Origin: Moniliella sp. 'wahieum'
Taxonomy: Eukaryota
Direction of reading: 5' to 3'
NCBI GenBank assembly: GCA_003971905.1
Contig: RSEE01000008.1
Span: 186,001 to 250,000 of the forward strand
DNA length: 64,000 nt
Shown: positions 37,501 to 50,093 of the stretch, in pieces
Layout: every line of letters starts with the position of its first letter
Position numbering within the stretch: the stretch's first letter is position 1
Program-made: the position numbers and the translations under genes
The notes under the pieces: model-generated
Seen by the model: only the letters and a program-made list of their open reading frames with translations
The model's database searches: none
Told to the model about the DNA's origin: nothing

Positions 37501-39481
37501 CCGCAGGGGCTATGTCCAAGCGCTCACCCATGCCTTGGAGGGAAACATGACAGCCCGCGCTGTGTGGAAGGTGGTTGCTGACGCTGCCTGGGCTCTCGGT
37601 GGGCTTCCGCCCCGCACTGTCCAGGGTCAGGAGGTGACCCTTCTCCAGCGCGTCCTCAAAGCGGCTGAAACTCTCCAGGCCGATCAAAAGTTGCCTGCTG
37701 TGACGACGGGCTCGCAGTCCGCTCTGCAAATGGTGCTTGCTGAATTGGAGGCTGAAACTGCACCGGAGGCCAATGCGCTGGCGTCCGCGTACACTCTGGT
37801 AGCAGTGCACGTGTACAAGGTGCTTGCTGTCCTCAACGCGGGAATGGGTGAGGACGTTGCGGCCGCAGCCTGGTACGATCTTGCTATGGCCCTCTTTAGT
37901 GTGGTTCAACGTTCCAGGCAAGTCGCACCTTCCGAAACGGTTCGGGAAATGGAGCCGCCGCAAGCCCAAAGCGAGGCGCTGGGCGGTGCGTGAGTCGCTA
38001 CGTCTAGATGGAAGCTCCGCTCGATCGTGGGCACTGGTGAGCAACCTTACGCGCGAAGACAAGCCCAAACTTGCGCAGCACGCTCTGATTCGTGCCATCG
38101 AGTGCGATCCCCAGGTACGTTGCTTTTTTTTTCTCTGAGACCCAAGAAGGCATTATTGACTCGCTACTGGTGGTATCTACAGTCGCCCATCCCTTGGACT
38201 CAACTTGGTTTGCTCTACATTGGGGCCGACGAAGGGCAGTTGGCTAACCAGGCTCTGGTGCGGGCCCAATCGTTGGATCCAGACTATGCGCCAGCCTGGG
38301 CTGGTCAAGGTGTGGTTGCTTCTCGTTTCCATGGCGACACGGAAGCAGCGAAAATGCTGTTTGACCATGCTGTTCGCCTGTCTGAGGGGTCCCTTGCCGA
38401 AGCCGACCATGGCCTTGCGTACGCTGTACAAGAGCTTTTGTCCAGTCCCTCACCGGGTGTCCGAGCACCCACAACCAAGGGCGAGCTGGAGATGGCCTCA
38501 TTTGCCTTGGATGCTTACCTAGCGCAGCCATCGGGCGCAGTGAATGTGGGTGCGGGACTTCTTGCAGGCTTGTTTGCTGAACGGCGGGGCATCTATGCAC
38601 TGGCGACCGATCGGATGGAGCGGGCAGCTAAGGCTCTGGAGCTGGCCTACGAGGCGTCTGAGGATGCGAGCACAATGGCGCGGTATGGTCTGGCACAAAC
38701 CAACTTGGCTCGTATCCGACTGGCTGAGGGTCAAGCCCAACAGGCCGAACTCATCTTCGAGGAGGCCTTGGCTCTCCTTCCCGAGCCAGAGGAGGTCGTG
38801 GTGGGCGTGACGCCTGCGTTGATTTGGCGGGCCAGGGTACAGGCCCAAGCTGGAATGGCACTTGCCCGCTTTTGGCAACTGCACGACGCCGGTAACGCAT
38901 CCGAAGCGGTTGGCACTTTGGAGGAGGCACTGTCGATGCTTAGCTCCGGACGGACGACGAGGTTGCAAGCGCCGCGGCTCAGACGGAGATTCCAGGTGCG
39001 GAGCTTCGCCGGCCCTGTTGGAAGAGGAAGTGCAGAGCGAAGAGGAGGCCAAGAAACGGTACCATTCGCGCATTGCTGCCGCGTTGGCAGGGGTACTGGA
39101 CGGGTTGGAGTGTGTAGTGGTGCAAGCGCTCTACACCGCGGGTGCACACGAGGCGGCATCCGCGGCGCTACTGACAATCGTGTCGAGCGGCCGCATTGCG
39201 TGCGTGCGGTGGCCCAACTGGCCGCTGCAGGGCTTGCGCAGGGCGAGGAGGACCTGGTCGCCGCAGCCCTGTCCGAGCTGCCCGCTGGGGCGGAGCGTAC
39301 GATGCTGGTTGGCCTTGGGAAGGCAGTCACAGAGACTGGCGAAGAGGCGGTGGGCGAGGAGCAACCCCAGGCGGGTGTGCAGCAGCAGACCATGGTCGCC
39401 TCGGCTGAACAGCCACGCGGAGTGGCGGGGGTGCATGCGGCGCCCTACGACGCACGCACCTGGGCCAGTGTGGTCGCATAG
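34569..39481 (+). CDS. SKI3: Ski complex TPR scaffold Ski3 (TTC37)
   Basis: Starts MSLKAQLKA...ALAARDYGLAL...VLAFESDNYFALVF. Contains QVLLLFLPGSRYYPLLSTLPPPD, FITSLKRSPSFAPSFTSLGFYY, KCFQKAFELDARE...LAREFS...WELVEVIARR, WAWRAIG and KLAQHALIRAIE, all characteristic of fungal Ski3. Confidence 0.9.
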
Positions 39482-40354
39482 CCTCTGCCGGCAAATGAAC
39501 ATGGATTTCGAGGGCACATGTGTTCTCACAGCATAGACGGCCAATGAGGCGTAAGCGGAGGAGCACTGAAGCACATGACAAAGAGAGCGGCATAACTGAA
39601 CGTCAAAGGCCCAAGTAACCATAGTAGTTTGGCTGCTCACTTTAGTATGAGACCCACCGAAGAGGGAAAAAATGGGCGAAAGGTGTAAGAACGCCAGCGG
39701 GTACGGGGCGGCGCACAGAAGAGAGGTGGCAGCTTGGCCACCACCGCCACCGCCACCTCTCTCTCCGTTACGCGTTGTCCTTCTTCAATGTGGTGCACGA
39801 TGTCATCACCGGCGACGATACGAGTCGGCCTTTCTTCCCCATCTCGTTTCCTCCGGTCAAGCTCACCCCACCATTATCTGGTGCACCCTTCTCGCAACTG
39901 CGCCTCCTAAGAGTACCCAGTTGGGCACTCGGCACTTGGTTGATCTTCGTCAAGTTGTTGACGCCCTACACTAGGCTTTTGTTTCGCCCTCCTGTGTTAG
40001 CATGGTTGGACAACTAACGCTAGCGATGCCGAGTTGAACTGCCAGAGTAGCCTACGCCTGCGCTCTCCCCTGCGTGTTCTGATCAACGTTCAGTAAGCTC
40101 AGTCGGACGCCGAACACGCTAGTACAGGCCCGCCCCCCCCTTTTGCACCTGTGCCGCAACCCGTCCACAGGCCACGTTGACTGATTTGATAGAGTTGAAG
40201 CTGCGCTGAAGGCGAAGGCAGCGCATGTCAGTGGTAACTCCTACGCCAGTACTACAACAGGATACAAGAATAAGAATGTGTTTGGTATGAGGTGCAATTC
40301 ATAAGAATCAACCAGCCCCTGGTAGGAGCAAGGCGAAAAGGAAAGATTGGGGAA

Positions 40355-40543
40355 GTGAGCGCCAGCGACCAGTGTGTAAGGGAGGCGGCACTCGTGGCGA
40401 CCTCGTGTGCAAGCACAAGCGATGGAAGCCGAAGACGCAAAGAGTGGAATGACAAGTACAGCTGGGCAGTGCCCAGCGTAACAGTTGTCAAACTGTTAAG
40501 AACAGATACTACACTTGATCTAAGCCAGAAGGCCAGAAGAGTT
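40355..40543 (-). ncRNA. U2: U2 spliceosomal snRNA
   Basis: Minus strand ACTCTTCTGGCCTTCTGGCTTAGATCAAGTGTAGTATCTGTTCTT gives stem I and the branch-recognition GTAGTA. Stem IIa AACAG..CTGTT, stem IIb GCTGGGCA/TGCCCAGC, IIc pairing TGACAA/TTGTCA. Length about 190 nt, with TATTTAA about 40 nt upstream. Confidence 0.95.
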
Positions 40544-41243
40544 GGGGGAAAACAGCAGAGATGCCCCCCGAGGACGCTCTTAAATAGACCACGAGCCATT
40601 CAACCCTACCCTGGTTGGAACGAATATCCAATTATCAACACTCGCAGGGAGTCAGTGTGCTGGACCGGTTTATTGCGGAAGGGGTTACTTCACTGGCGCT
40701 GTGCCTGCATCTCTGCGGTCGAGCCTCCACTTCCTGTTTGGTGCATTCCGCTTTGGCTGTTCCGCTGTGCACTAGCTGGTGCGGAACGCGCATGGCAGGT
40801 GCGCGGAACAGGCTCAGGCTCAGACACAAGCCCATGCCCACGTACCGACGCATGCCCCTTTTAGTAAAACAGAGAGGTCGTTCCCAAGTTCTGACCTAAT
40901 AGCACGTGTAGCCCAGCCACTCGCCTCAGCACCATACATGGCAGCACCACACATTAAATCCACCTTACCCTACTACCTTCCCCCTGCTTTGGGACGGTTC
41001 CCCCACGCTTTGGCGCCACATGTATTGCGCCGCCTCCCCCAGCAATTCTGCACAGTCATCGCCCAGCCAGTCCAGGCCAGTCCTGCTCTCCACCGCACCA
41101 TCACCCCCCCCCTTCCCCCTAATGGCCTTGCCCTGCTGCGCAATGAATTTCATGCCGCACAGCAGCGTCGCGTTCACCTTCTCTGTCTTTCCTTCTCTTT
41201 CCACGCCTCTTCCCCTGCTATGTCATATGTCAACAGAACGGTT

Positions 41244-41339
41244 CGTCAACAGGACACTCCGTCAACAGGACACTCCGTCAACAGGACACTCCGTCAACAG
41301 GACACTCCGTCAACAGGACACTCCGTCAACAGGACACTA
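41244..41339 (+). repeat. Tandem array of six 16-bp units CGTCAACAGGACACTC
   Basis: Five perfect units plus one ending in A; no variable spacers. Confidence 0.95.
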
Positions 41340-41855
41340 CACGACCGGGTAATCCGGACGGTGGAACGGTCAACCTGTGTGGGTCCGGTGGCCCAGCAGG
41401 GCGGATGGACGAGGGAACGGTGGCTGCCGTGGCTCCACCGAACGATCACGGTTGGGCAATGGAACAGTCGCCAGCATAACGGTTGGTGCTAAGGTGGCTA
41501 CGGTGTGGCTACGGTCACCGATCAACGCTGGCCCATGGAACGGTGGACAAGCTGACAACGACGGGATGGTGGCGATGGTTGGGACGACGAAATGGTGGCG
41601 TTGGTTGGGACGACGGAACGGTGGCGAAGGTGGCCCATCCTGACCAAGGATAGAACGTCAGGCGGGGCTCCCTGACAAAGTGCTTTCCTGCTACTGACAA
41701 CGGACTGGCATGCTACGCCACCCTGAATATGATGGAATGTTAAAACCTATGTCGAATGTTGGAGTCTCTGTTGACGATGAAACGGTGGACAGTGGGGATG
41801 GGTGGGGAAAGAGGAACGGTGAACCAGGGGGGTAAGGGGCATATGGAACGGTGGA

Positions 41856-42959
41856 CTAGGGGAGAAAGGTGGCCGTGGGTATTTGCAACCAACACGGAGG
41901 AAGGCTGGGGCTTCGCACGGTGAAAGCATTAGGAGTACATATACCGGGCGGTAGGCCCGGGTGGTCCTCTAGTTGGACGACAAATTGGACGAGGCTAAGA
42001 AGAGGCATGACGTGCGATTTCGAGGAGCGCATCCGCACTCGACTCGCTTGAGGAGAAGCGATCGGGAGTCGACAAAGGGGCGGAGCCCCGGACGTGGAAT
42101 GGTCGTAGATAATGATGGGCGCAGACCCTGAAGCACTGTCGCGCGCACGGCGTGCTTGGAAGGTGCACTGCGGGTGGGTGCACAGCCAGTAAGTAGTAGT
42201 CCACTTGGCCGGGTCCTGCGCATCCCGCAGCGGCGTCGCCAACGGATGCTTATACTGCGGCGCGACAAGACCCATGGGGTCGAGGCAGGCGACGAGATGG
42301 TGTCCGTGCGGCAGCGGCGGTGGCGGCGGCGGCGACGGTGGGCGTGACCAGCAGGATCCGGGCAGGTGGGATGGCGGGCGGGGTCGCGCAAGTGCGCTTG
42401 GCATCGCTTGGCAACGCGCAAGGGATCCTTCCCCTGCACCGAGACGCGAGAGAGAAGAGTGAGGTTAGCAGAAGCGCAGGGCCTGGGCCTGGGCAACGGG
42501 CGAACGCGGAGAAGAAGGAATACGCTCGTTAAGCGGGATGTGCATGCCCAAGATGCTGACCATGAGCACGACCGGCGTCAGGGGCCGGAGGCGGTGGAAG
42601 GGGGCAAAGTAGTTGAACAGCGCGGTGCGCAGGTTGTTGGGGGCGGAGGTGAGCTCGGGGTGGTTGCAGCTCGACGGGAGGGAGAGCTGGTCGGGCTGCC
42701 AGGCGGAGGTGAGGGTGGCGCATTCGCCGTCAGGCCCGACGGCGAGGCGGATGGGCAGCGCGTCGATCAGCAGGTGCAACTGCAGGGGGCTCGGTGCGCA
42801 GAAAACGATAAGAAGCGGCAGCGCATTGGTGGTGGAGGTGGCGGTGGGCGAGGCAAGGCGGAGATGGAGGAAGCGGGAGACGATGGCAGGCGCGCGGCAG
42901 AGGAGCTCGAGCGCGTGCTCGATGGCGGGCATGCCGACGGGGACGGGGGCGACGGCCAT
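41856..42959 (-). mobile_element. Orphan spliced ORF with WRKY/MuDR-type C-x4-C motif; possible Mutator-associated gene or relic
   Basis: KWTTTYWLCTHPQCTFQARRARDS...IIIYDH resembles the WRKY-GCM1/FLYWCH DNA-binding motif of MULE transposases. TATATAA lies upstream on the minus strand (about 43031-43038). A CTAAC...CAG intron is present at about 42435-42523. No DDE domain was seen. Confidence 0.35.
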
Positions 42960-44422
42960 CGGACGGGAGGAGCGGGATGGTTGGTTGGGTTGGTTCGGCA
43001 GTGCCGCTCGCCAGGGGGGACGTCGACGCGTTATATATGCGCGGGGGCACGTGAAGCGCTGGTTAGCCAATGTATTGCCGAGTAGGCCCGTGCCATGGTG
43101 CGTCGCACTGAGGGAGCCACTGGCGCTCACGTTTGGTTAGCCACTGTACTGCCGAGCTGTCAGTCAATTTACTGCCAAGCTGGTCTTCCCTCTGATGCCG
43201 GCAGGTAGCCTGCCCTCTGGTTTCTCCCCCAGAGAGACGCCTGTACGCTTGTGCTCACACGCGGTTAATCATTCTATTGCCGAGCCTGCCTGCCCCTCGA
43301 ACACTGCCGCAACGCCCCGCCAGTGTTCGGGCGTAGATAGACATAGCCTGCCTACTAGGCCCTTGGCTGGGCCCCGATTGGCCTGTGCGCGCCTTTTGAC
43401 TGTGCCACACCCCCCCCCCCCCTTCACCTCATGCCCCTCTGCGATTGCATCGTGTCTCCTCACCACCGCCCCTCTCATTACGCCCCGTAGAAACTGGTAT
43501 CCCCTCTCTGCAGCCAGCACATCGCGGAGTGCTCATCTGTGCCACGGCGCAACAACACCATCTTCTTCCCCTGTCCACACCAACATCACCATCGTTGTTG
43601 CCTGCACGCCTGCTGCCCGTTGTTGGTCCGTCCCCTATCGCTCCGTCGTCCTCGCCTGGTCCGCATTGCTGCCGTACGTCTCCATTCCCTCTCCCGCCAC
43701 ACTCCGTCCTCCTCGCCTCGTCTGTATCGCTGTTGGACGCCCCCTGCCCCTCGTCCCGTCCCCTCTCACTGTTTACATTGCTTCTGTCTTACGTGTTCTC
43801 TTGCCCTCCAGTGCTCTGTTGCTGACCCGCCTACACAGACTCCCCCTCGCGGGCCATCTTGTCATCGTTTCATCTGGTCCGCAGCGCCAGTCATCGTACG
43901 TGCCCGCTTCATCCGCATTCCCCTCGCTGCTGCTGACCCACCTGACCTTGTGGGTCGCATGCATGATGCGCATGCCCCGTTTCGTTCGCCTTCGACCCAC
44001 CCTTGTCCGTCTGCTCACTTTGGCTGTCTCGCTTACATAGTTTGCCTCGCCTCTGTGGTCCTCTCACTTGGCTGGTCTGCCTTGCCATCGTACGTCCCCC
44101 GTACTTCGCGCTTGGAGTTGCCCTGCCCCTGCCACTGTCTACCCAGCTGCTGCATGCACAGAATTCCACGGTTGGTTCGTCTCGCCTTATTCGCCTCGAC
44201 TCATCTGACCTTTGTTTCGCCGTCGTATGTCCCTTCTGTTATATGCCGACACTGTTCCTGACCTTGTTCGCCCTACCAGTGTACATTCCGACTTCATCCC
44301 GCTTGCCCTCGCTACTGGCTGACTTGATCGCCTGACCCGTGAGTCCGTCGCACATCTTCTGTGTCTCGCGCTAACCCTGTGCTGCTGCTGATTTGGCCAG
44401 ATTCTCCCTAGTGCGCGTCTCC

Positions 44423-45202
44423 TCACACTAACCTGTCATCTGCTGTGTAGCTCACTGCTTTACTACGTTGGTGCTTCCGTCCTACGTCGCGCCTACCCGT
44501 GGTTGCCGTGTAATCGCAAAGGATTATGGCCTTCATCTCTTTCTCATGTCTCATGGACCACACCCCTTTCGGAACGCACAGCTCTCGACCTCTTTTTTTT
44601 ATATATAGTCCTCCGGAATCCCGTAGGAGTGATCTTTTCCTCAATCCCGTATCACTCGAAAGATAATCATTCTGTGGTTCCATTACAACACAGTATAGTG
44701 CATACGCCATTGGCGTTCTGAAGCCAGAAGAGAAGAGGGCGCGCAGATTAGGCATGGCGAGAAAAGGCGAGTAGCTAACCCCCAAAAGCCTTAAAACACG
44801 TACTGAATATTGAATATATGGGAAAAGGGACAGAAAACAGAGAACGAGGATGGATCCAGCATAGGGCTGCGTATATAATACAGATCGTACGAGCGAAACA
44901 CTGTCGCCTGTGAGAGCGATCAAGTGCGGGAGCGTGAACGGGAACAAAATCGCATCGTACACCCCCTTTCTGGTAACATCACTAAAATACGCCCGTTGTG
45001 CAACAGACATTTTGCCATTCTCCACAACAGGCATCTCGATTTGGGGCGTTGGGTGTGATCCGGGGAATAGCAAACGGTGTTCTTGGCGAAATAGTTGGGT
45101 CCTCGATCTGTTGTTCCAAGATCGGAAGGGGGTGGCCGCTGCGCATATTATGGGTATCATATAGATGGATGCAGAGAGGGCGAGAAGAAAGGGTTCGCAC
45201 AC
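44423..45202 (-). CDS. Orphan ORF in a lower-GC block; hypothetical
   Basis: 259-codon open frame in DNA visibly more AT-rich than its neighbours. Hydrophobic N-terminus. No recognisable motif, and the start is not a clear ATG. Confidence 0.25.
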   Translation of the reverse strand: MCEPFLLALSASIYMIPIICAAATPFRSWNNRSRTQLFRQEHRLLFPGSHPTPQIEMPVVENGKMSVAQRAYFSDVTRKGVYDAILFPFTLPHLIALTGDSVSLVRSVLYTQPYAGSILVLCFLSLFPYIQYSVRVLRLLGVSYSPFLAMPNLRALFSSGFRTPMAYALYCVVMEPQNDYLSSDTGLRKRSLLRDSGGLYIKKRGRELCVPKGVWSMRHEKEMKAIILCDYTATTGRRDVGRKHQRSKAVSYTADDRLV

Positions 45203-47032
45203 TGCAGGAGATCATTCAAGATCGATAGTCTATTGTGAAGTGATTCGAGAGAGGTTTTGATCTTCGTCAGTTGCGCTCGTGGTCTCTGCCCCCGTTGCCG
45301 CCGTAGGTTGTCGTGCTGTGTATGCGGCTATACACAGAGATCTGTGGGTATATCGGGATTAATTACACGTCAAGTATAGTATACCCGTCTCGTGTGATCG
45401 ATTCAGCAGCCTTCTCAGGGAACGATATCGCGATATGATATGTTGGTGGTAAGGTCATTCATGCCTCAAGCCGAGGAACGGTTGCACTTGGTGCAACCAA
45501 TACATCAGGTATTTGTTGACTCGATCCATCTCCTGTGCCATATAGGATCGGGACTGCGTGAAGAGAACGGGTTTGCTGAAACGCGTGTGCGAAATTGAAG
45601 AAACGGCTCTTCACTTGGTGGGCGCTGCACTTCAGGCTTCAGGAGCGCAGCATTTTCAGCGGGCTATCCAATTTCCAAGGCCATCCATTGGGAGACCTTT
45701 TCTGCGCATTCCATATATGATGCTCAGCCCATTGGCGTGATCAACCTTTACCACCGCTGTAGGGTACCATACAATACCAGCTTTACTTTTACTGGACTGT
45801 GTATATGTTGCTGGTTATCGATTTGAACCAGATTTGCGGGTAGCTGTGTTCGTCCTTAAGGACCTTTTAAGGGATTGAGCGTTACGCGCGCGCTACGCGT
45901 TAAGCCTCTAAGCGCTAAGCGCTCCGAGTATATATGCCGTTACATCAGAGTACGTACCTCTCGGGGGGATATATGTTGGACACTTCCGAGGCCCGTATGA
46001 CGTGTGGGGGATTCGTGTGGCATGTGGTGGGGAAATACCCAGGTACATGTAGTATTCCTACTGGCGGGTGGCTCAGGCTGAGCGCAACGCACATCGCGAG
46101 AAGCGCTGAAGCGCTGAAGCGCCGAACGTATGATCGAGATCTGAGATCTCAATGAGATCTCAGTCTGAGAGCCGAGAAGATCGGAACGGACGTGTCACGT
46201 GTAGCACCTGCCGCAGACGCGTGAACATTGAACGTTGAACTCAACGTTGAACGTTCAACAGTGAGTATGTTGAAGTTGTGGCGCTGAGGCGCTGAGGCGC
46301 TGAGTGTAACCGGTACCCGATAACCGCCTGAGATCATCGATCATCGATCAGAATACTGAGTCGAATAAATATGTATGCAAGCTAGAACCAAAGCCGATCC
46401 CGACGGGACCAGTGCAACACCTCTGCAAGTGCACGGGGTACTTTTGAAGCGGACCCCATTAAGCATGATGCATTACCGGATTATCGACTACCGGTTACTC
46501 CTTAGCTGTGTTGATGCAGTTGATGTCTCATCTCTATATATACAGCGTTTGGGTGTCCCATTAAATGCCCCACCTCTGGGGTTGATCGATTTCAACCCAA
46601 GTATAAACGCAAAAATGGAGAGAGGATTATTAGGCAAAAAGGATGGTAGACGTGAGAGAAGGTTGATGGATTGATGGATTGATGGACTGATCAGTGAGAA
46701 GCAGCGGACGAGGGAGAAAAGAACAAGGAAAAGCTCAAGACCTGGGGGGCTGTAGGCGGTAGGCGTAATAGTGGAGTGAGAGGTATTAACGTTTAACGTG
46801 GCCCTCTTCCATGGCAAGAACAAAATTGTGGAAGCGTAATGTAACGTTGGCAGCAACAGTAGTCGAGAGGCAAATCAGAATTAAGATGTCGGGTGGAGGA
46901 ATGCACAGAGCTCCACACGCGTGTTTCGGTAGAAAAGACGGATGCCGGTGCTTGTTTAAAATGGCAGCATGTGTAATGGAATCGTGATCTCATCCCCATG
47001 GTCCAGACAGAGGCTGAGACAACCACCATCCA

Positions 47033-48345
47033 TCATCTTAGAAGTATGTGTTTGGAACAAAGAGAAAATCGGCAAGCATCATGTCGTCGTCCCAGCAACC
47101 AAAGAAATTTGACGTTGTGGAAAAAGGGAAGAAAGAAGGGAGGATTAGGATCAGTTAAAGGGGGCGACGGGTGCGTCGACTTCTTTATCGTTACTTGTAC
47201 CGGGAGGCACAGAGAAGAAATGAGGAGCGGGTCCATGTTGTGGGAACCAAGACGATGAGGAGAAAGTACCTCGTCATGAGGTAAAGCAGTGGCCATATTG
47301 GTCAATGGACTGACAAACACGGATGAAAGCGTACTGGCTGCCGTCCTCGAAGACAATGAGGAGGGGGAGTACTCCAATTCAGGCTCAGGTTTGGGAACGA
47401 TTCGTTGGGAAAAGTCAACAGGGTAGGATGGTTGATGGTCGAATCCCTCGCCCCAAATCTCTGGTGTCAAGGTCTGTCCCTCTGGAACTGACATCGGATT
47501 GCATCCACGCTTTTTCTCCACGCCATTGTTGCTCATGAGCCGAAGAGATGGGTCCCAGAACGATTGGCTTCGACCTCTGCGAATCGAGGCAAACGGTTCA
47601 TCATCAGCTCCCACCATTTTCTCCGTCCCGGCCGAGCCTAACGTAGCAGCGTCCGGGCCAAAAGAAGACGGCAGATCTTGGGAGGTGGGAAGGGGAATCG
47701 TCGAGCGCACATCAACAGGACTCTTGAGCGAAGGTGCCGAAACAATCCTACGAAGCAAATTGTTCTCTTGTTGCAAGCGGCCAACGAGAGAAGATAACGA
47801 CTGGTTCTGTGTCACCATCTCACTTTCTTTGATTTGAAGCGAGTCAACAAGAGTCTGGAGCTGGATAATCAGAAGCGAGGTAGGGTCAGTATCTTGTGGT
47901 TTATGATTAACTGGGGTTTACTGACCTCATTCAGGCGACTCTCCTTGCGTCGGCGAAGAGCACGTTGAGCATTACGGTTCTGTTCACGCCGGCGAGCCAT
48001 GCGTGCTTCGCGTGGGAGATGGGTAGAAGAGTATGGACGACCGGTGGCCTTGCTCACTTTTCCGGGCCTGGCCTTTGCCGACTGAGAGGAGGTGGAAGTG
48101 TCAGAGGGGCTTGCTGAGAGACGGGTATGGGTTTGTGCTTCTTGCTCCCAAGGTAGTGCCGTGAGGCTTGGCACGTCCGAAGGCATCGTTGTTGGCAGCA
48201 AGACATCGAGTGGTCCGTAGTTGCCGGGAAATGTTGATCGTGGGTCGTACGTGTTGGAGAGGAGAGGGAATACGGTGTTTTCCATGGCTTGTGTACCAGG
48301 TGCAGGTGTAGGCGTGCACACAGGGGGAGGAGCGTCGTTACTCAT
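47033..48345 (-). CDS. bZIP transcription factor (AP-1/Yap-like basic region)
   Basis: ARRREQNRNAQRALRRRKESRLNE, then an intron (about 47863-47925), then LQTLVDSLQIKESEMVTQNQSLSSLVGRLQQENNLLR leucine zipper. The 3' end is uncertain. Confidence 0.88.
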
Positions 48346-49589
48346 GGGGGCAGCTCGACAAAAAGAGGGGATAAAAGAGGTGGAGGAGAGCTAAAAGGCT
48401 GAGACGGAAGAGATGACGGACAATAGAGCGATGGAGGCAAGAGGCTGCGAGAAGAAAAGGCAGAAGCACGGGATACTGATGCGGCGAGGAAGGATGTTTT
48501 GAGAAGCAGGGTGTGGTGGTGCGGTCAGAGGGCAAATGGTGGGTGACGCAGTGCATGCTGGTGCTGAGGTTGGGCCCTGTTTAATTGGCAGTCGTTTATC
48601 GACAAAACACGCCGAGGATGCAATGATGGCCTTCAAGCTTCATGCACTTCATCATGCACGCCCAACTTAATTCTCAAAAGTGTACATACCAACAAAACCA
48701 CCGAGATCTTGCCGGAGCCGAACGCCCCCAAAACTCTGTTATACTATACCAGGCGAGTATTCACTTGTATAGCGTCTCTGGCTTCGTCTGTGCCACAACC
48801 TCTATTACCCACACGGAGTTGAGGAGATCTCAGGATCTCGGGTCTCACCAGAACACAAGGGCTTGTTGCCCCTGAGACTCCGAGGCTCTTGAACACAAAA
48901 AGCTCTTCAAAAGTCATCGAGCTAGCTTTCCCCGGACAGGGAGAGTTCCGATGGGGCCACAACGTACATTTCAAAATGCAAAATATGGCACCCTCTCCCC
49001 CGATCAGACCGATCAGCGTGCTTGGCTTTGGGGAGCAGTGCCACGTACACGTCCATGATATGGCTGGGGTACTAGAGATGTCTGCCACATGTCAGGAGTG
49101 ATTTGCCGTGCGCACGCCCACATCCAACACACAGGCTTTGTCGATGGTGCGCCCAGGCTGAGCGCTGAGCCGCTGAGCCAGTGCTGAGCTTCCGTACTTC
49201 GGCGCAGCGTCACGCGTCACGCTTCAAGCCATGTCCAATGTCCAACCCCATCGGTATCAGAACCCCCGAAACACCGACCGCATCGGGGGCCTGCAGCATT
49301 GGCACCCGGCGGCACCTACGCAGTGCGATTGTCACATGTCACCAGCACCACCTGGTGACCGGTGACTGGTCTGCGCTACTGCTCGGCCCAGCGCCCAGCT
49401 ACGCCCGCAGGGTCCCGTGTGGGATACGGACCCTCGCAACCTTAATCACCAGCGATCGGGGATTTTCGATGCCGTCCAGGTCTGCGCTTCGTAGGTCAGA
49501 TTCAGAGGGCAAGCAAGGTTGGTTCAGCTTAGCCGCCAGGCGCCCTGTACGCCAGCGCTCCCATGTCCATGACCCTGCCCATTCCCATG

Positions 49590-50093
49590 CCCATTCCCAT
49601 GCCCCCGCACTTGATTAATGATTTGGTCCCCGCACGGTGGTTTGGGCTGCGTTCGGACGCAGCCACCGGAGGCCTGGTGGGGGCGGACGGCCATATCATG
49701 CGTCAGGTGGATGCGCAGACGGACGCACATCCGACCGTTCAAATCTGGACATTGTTATGGCAAGCCACCAGCCACCACAGAGCCCCCACCGACCGCAACG
49801 TCCAACCACTCCACCAGGTGCATCCTAACAGTAGTGTACTCCGCTTGCACCAACCCTATCGCTACTCCTCCCCCTGCGCGCATGCAAGCAGCCTCCGCTC
49901 TCCCTTGGTCCAATTCATCCCAGCCAGCACCCGGCCGGCCAGCGCGGCCAGCGATGACGACAGCGACGCAACGGATAAATACCAAGCTGCGTACCGGGCC
50001 ATGATTGCCATCTTCAACAAGCTTGCTGAGGAAGGCCAACAGCTGGGGTCCAGGGCATCGGGTCTACGTCTTGGGACTGGGAAGAATGCTTAG
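49590..50093 (+). mobile_element. Possible Mutator/FAR1-type transposase C-terminal remnant
   Basis: YRYSSPCAHA resembles the end of a SWIM finger (PCxH). DKYQAAYRAMIAIFNKLAEEG resembles the helix after SWIM in FAR1-like proteins. The N-terminal CxC is not intact. Confidence 0.3.

Noticed and set aside
41244..41339. CRISPR-like array
   Set aside because: The units are contiguous with no unique spacers, no cas genes are present, and the context is eukaryotic.
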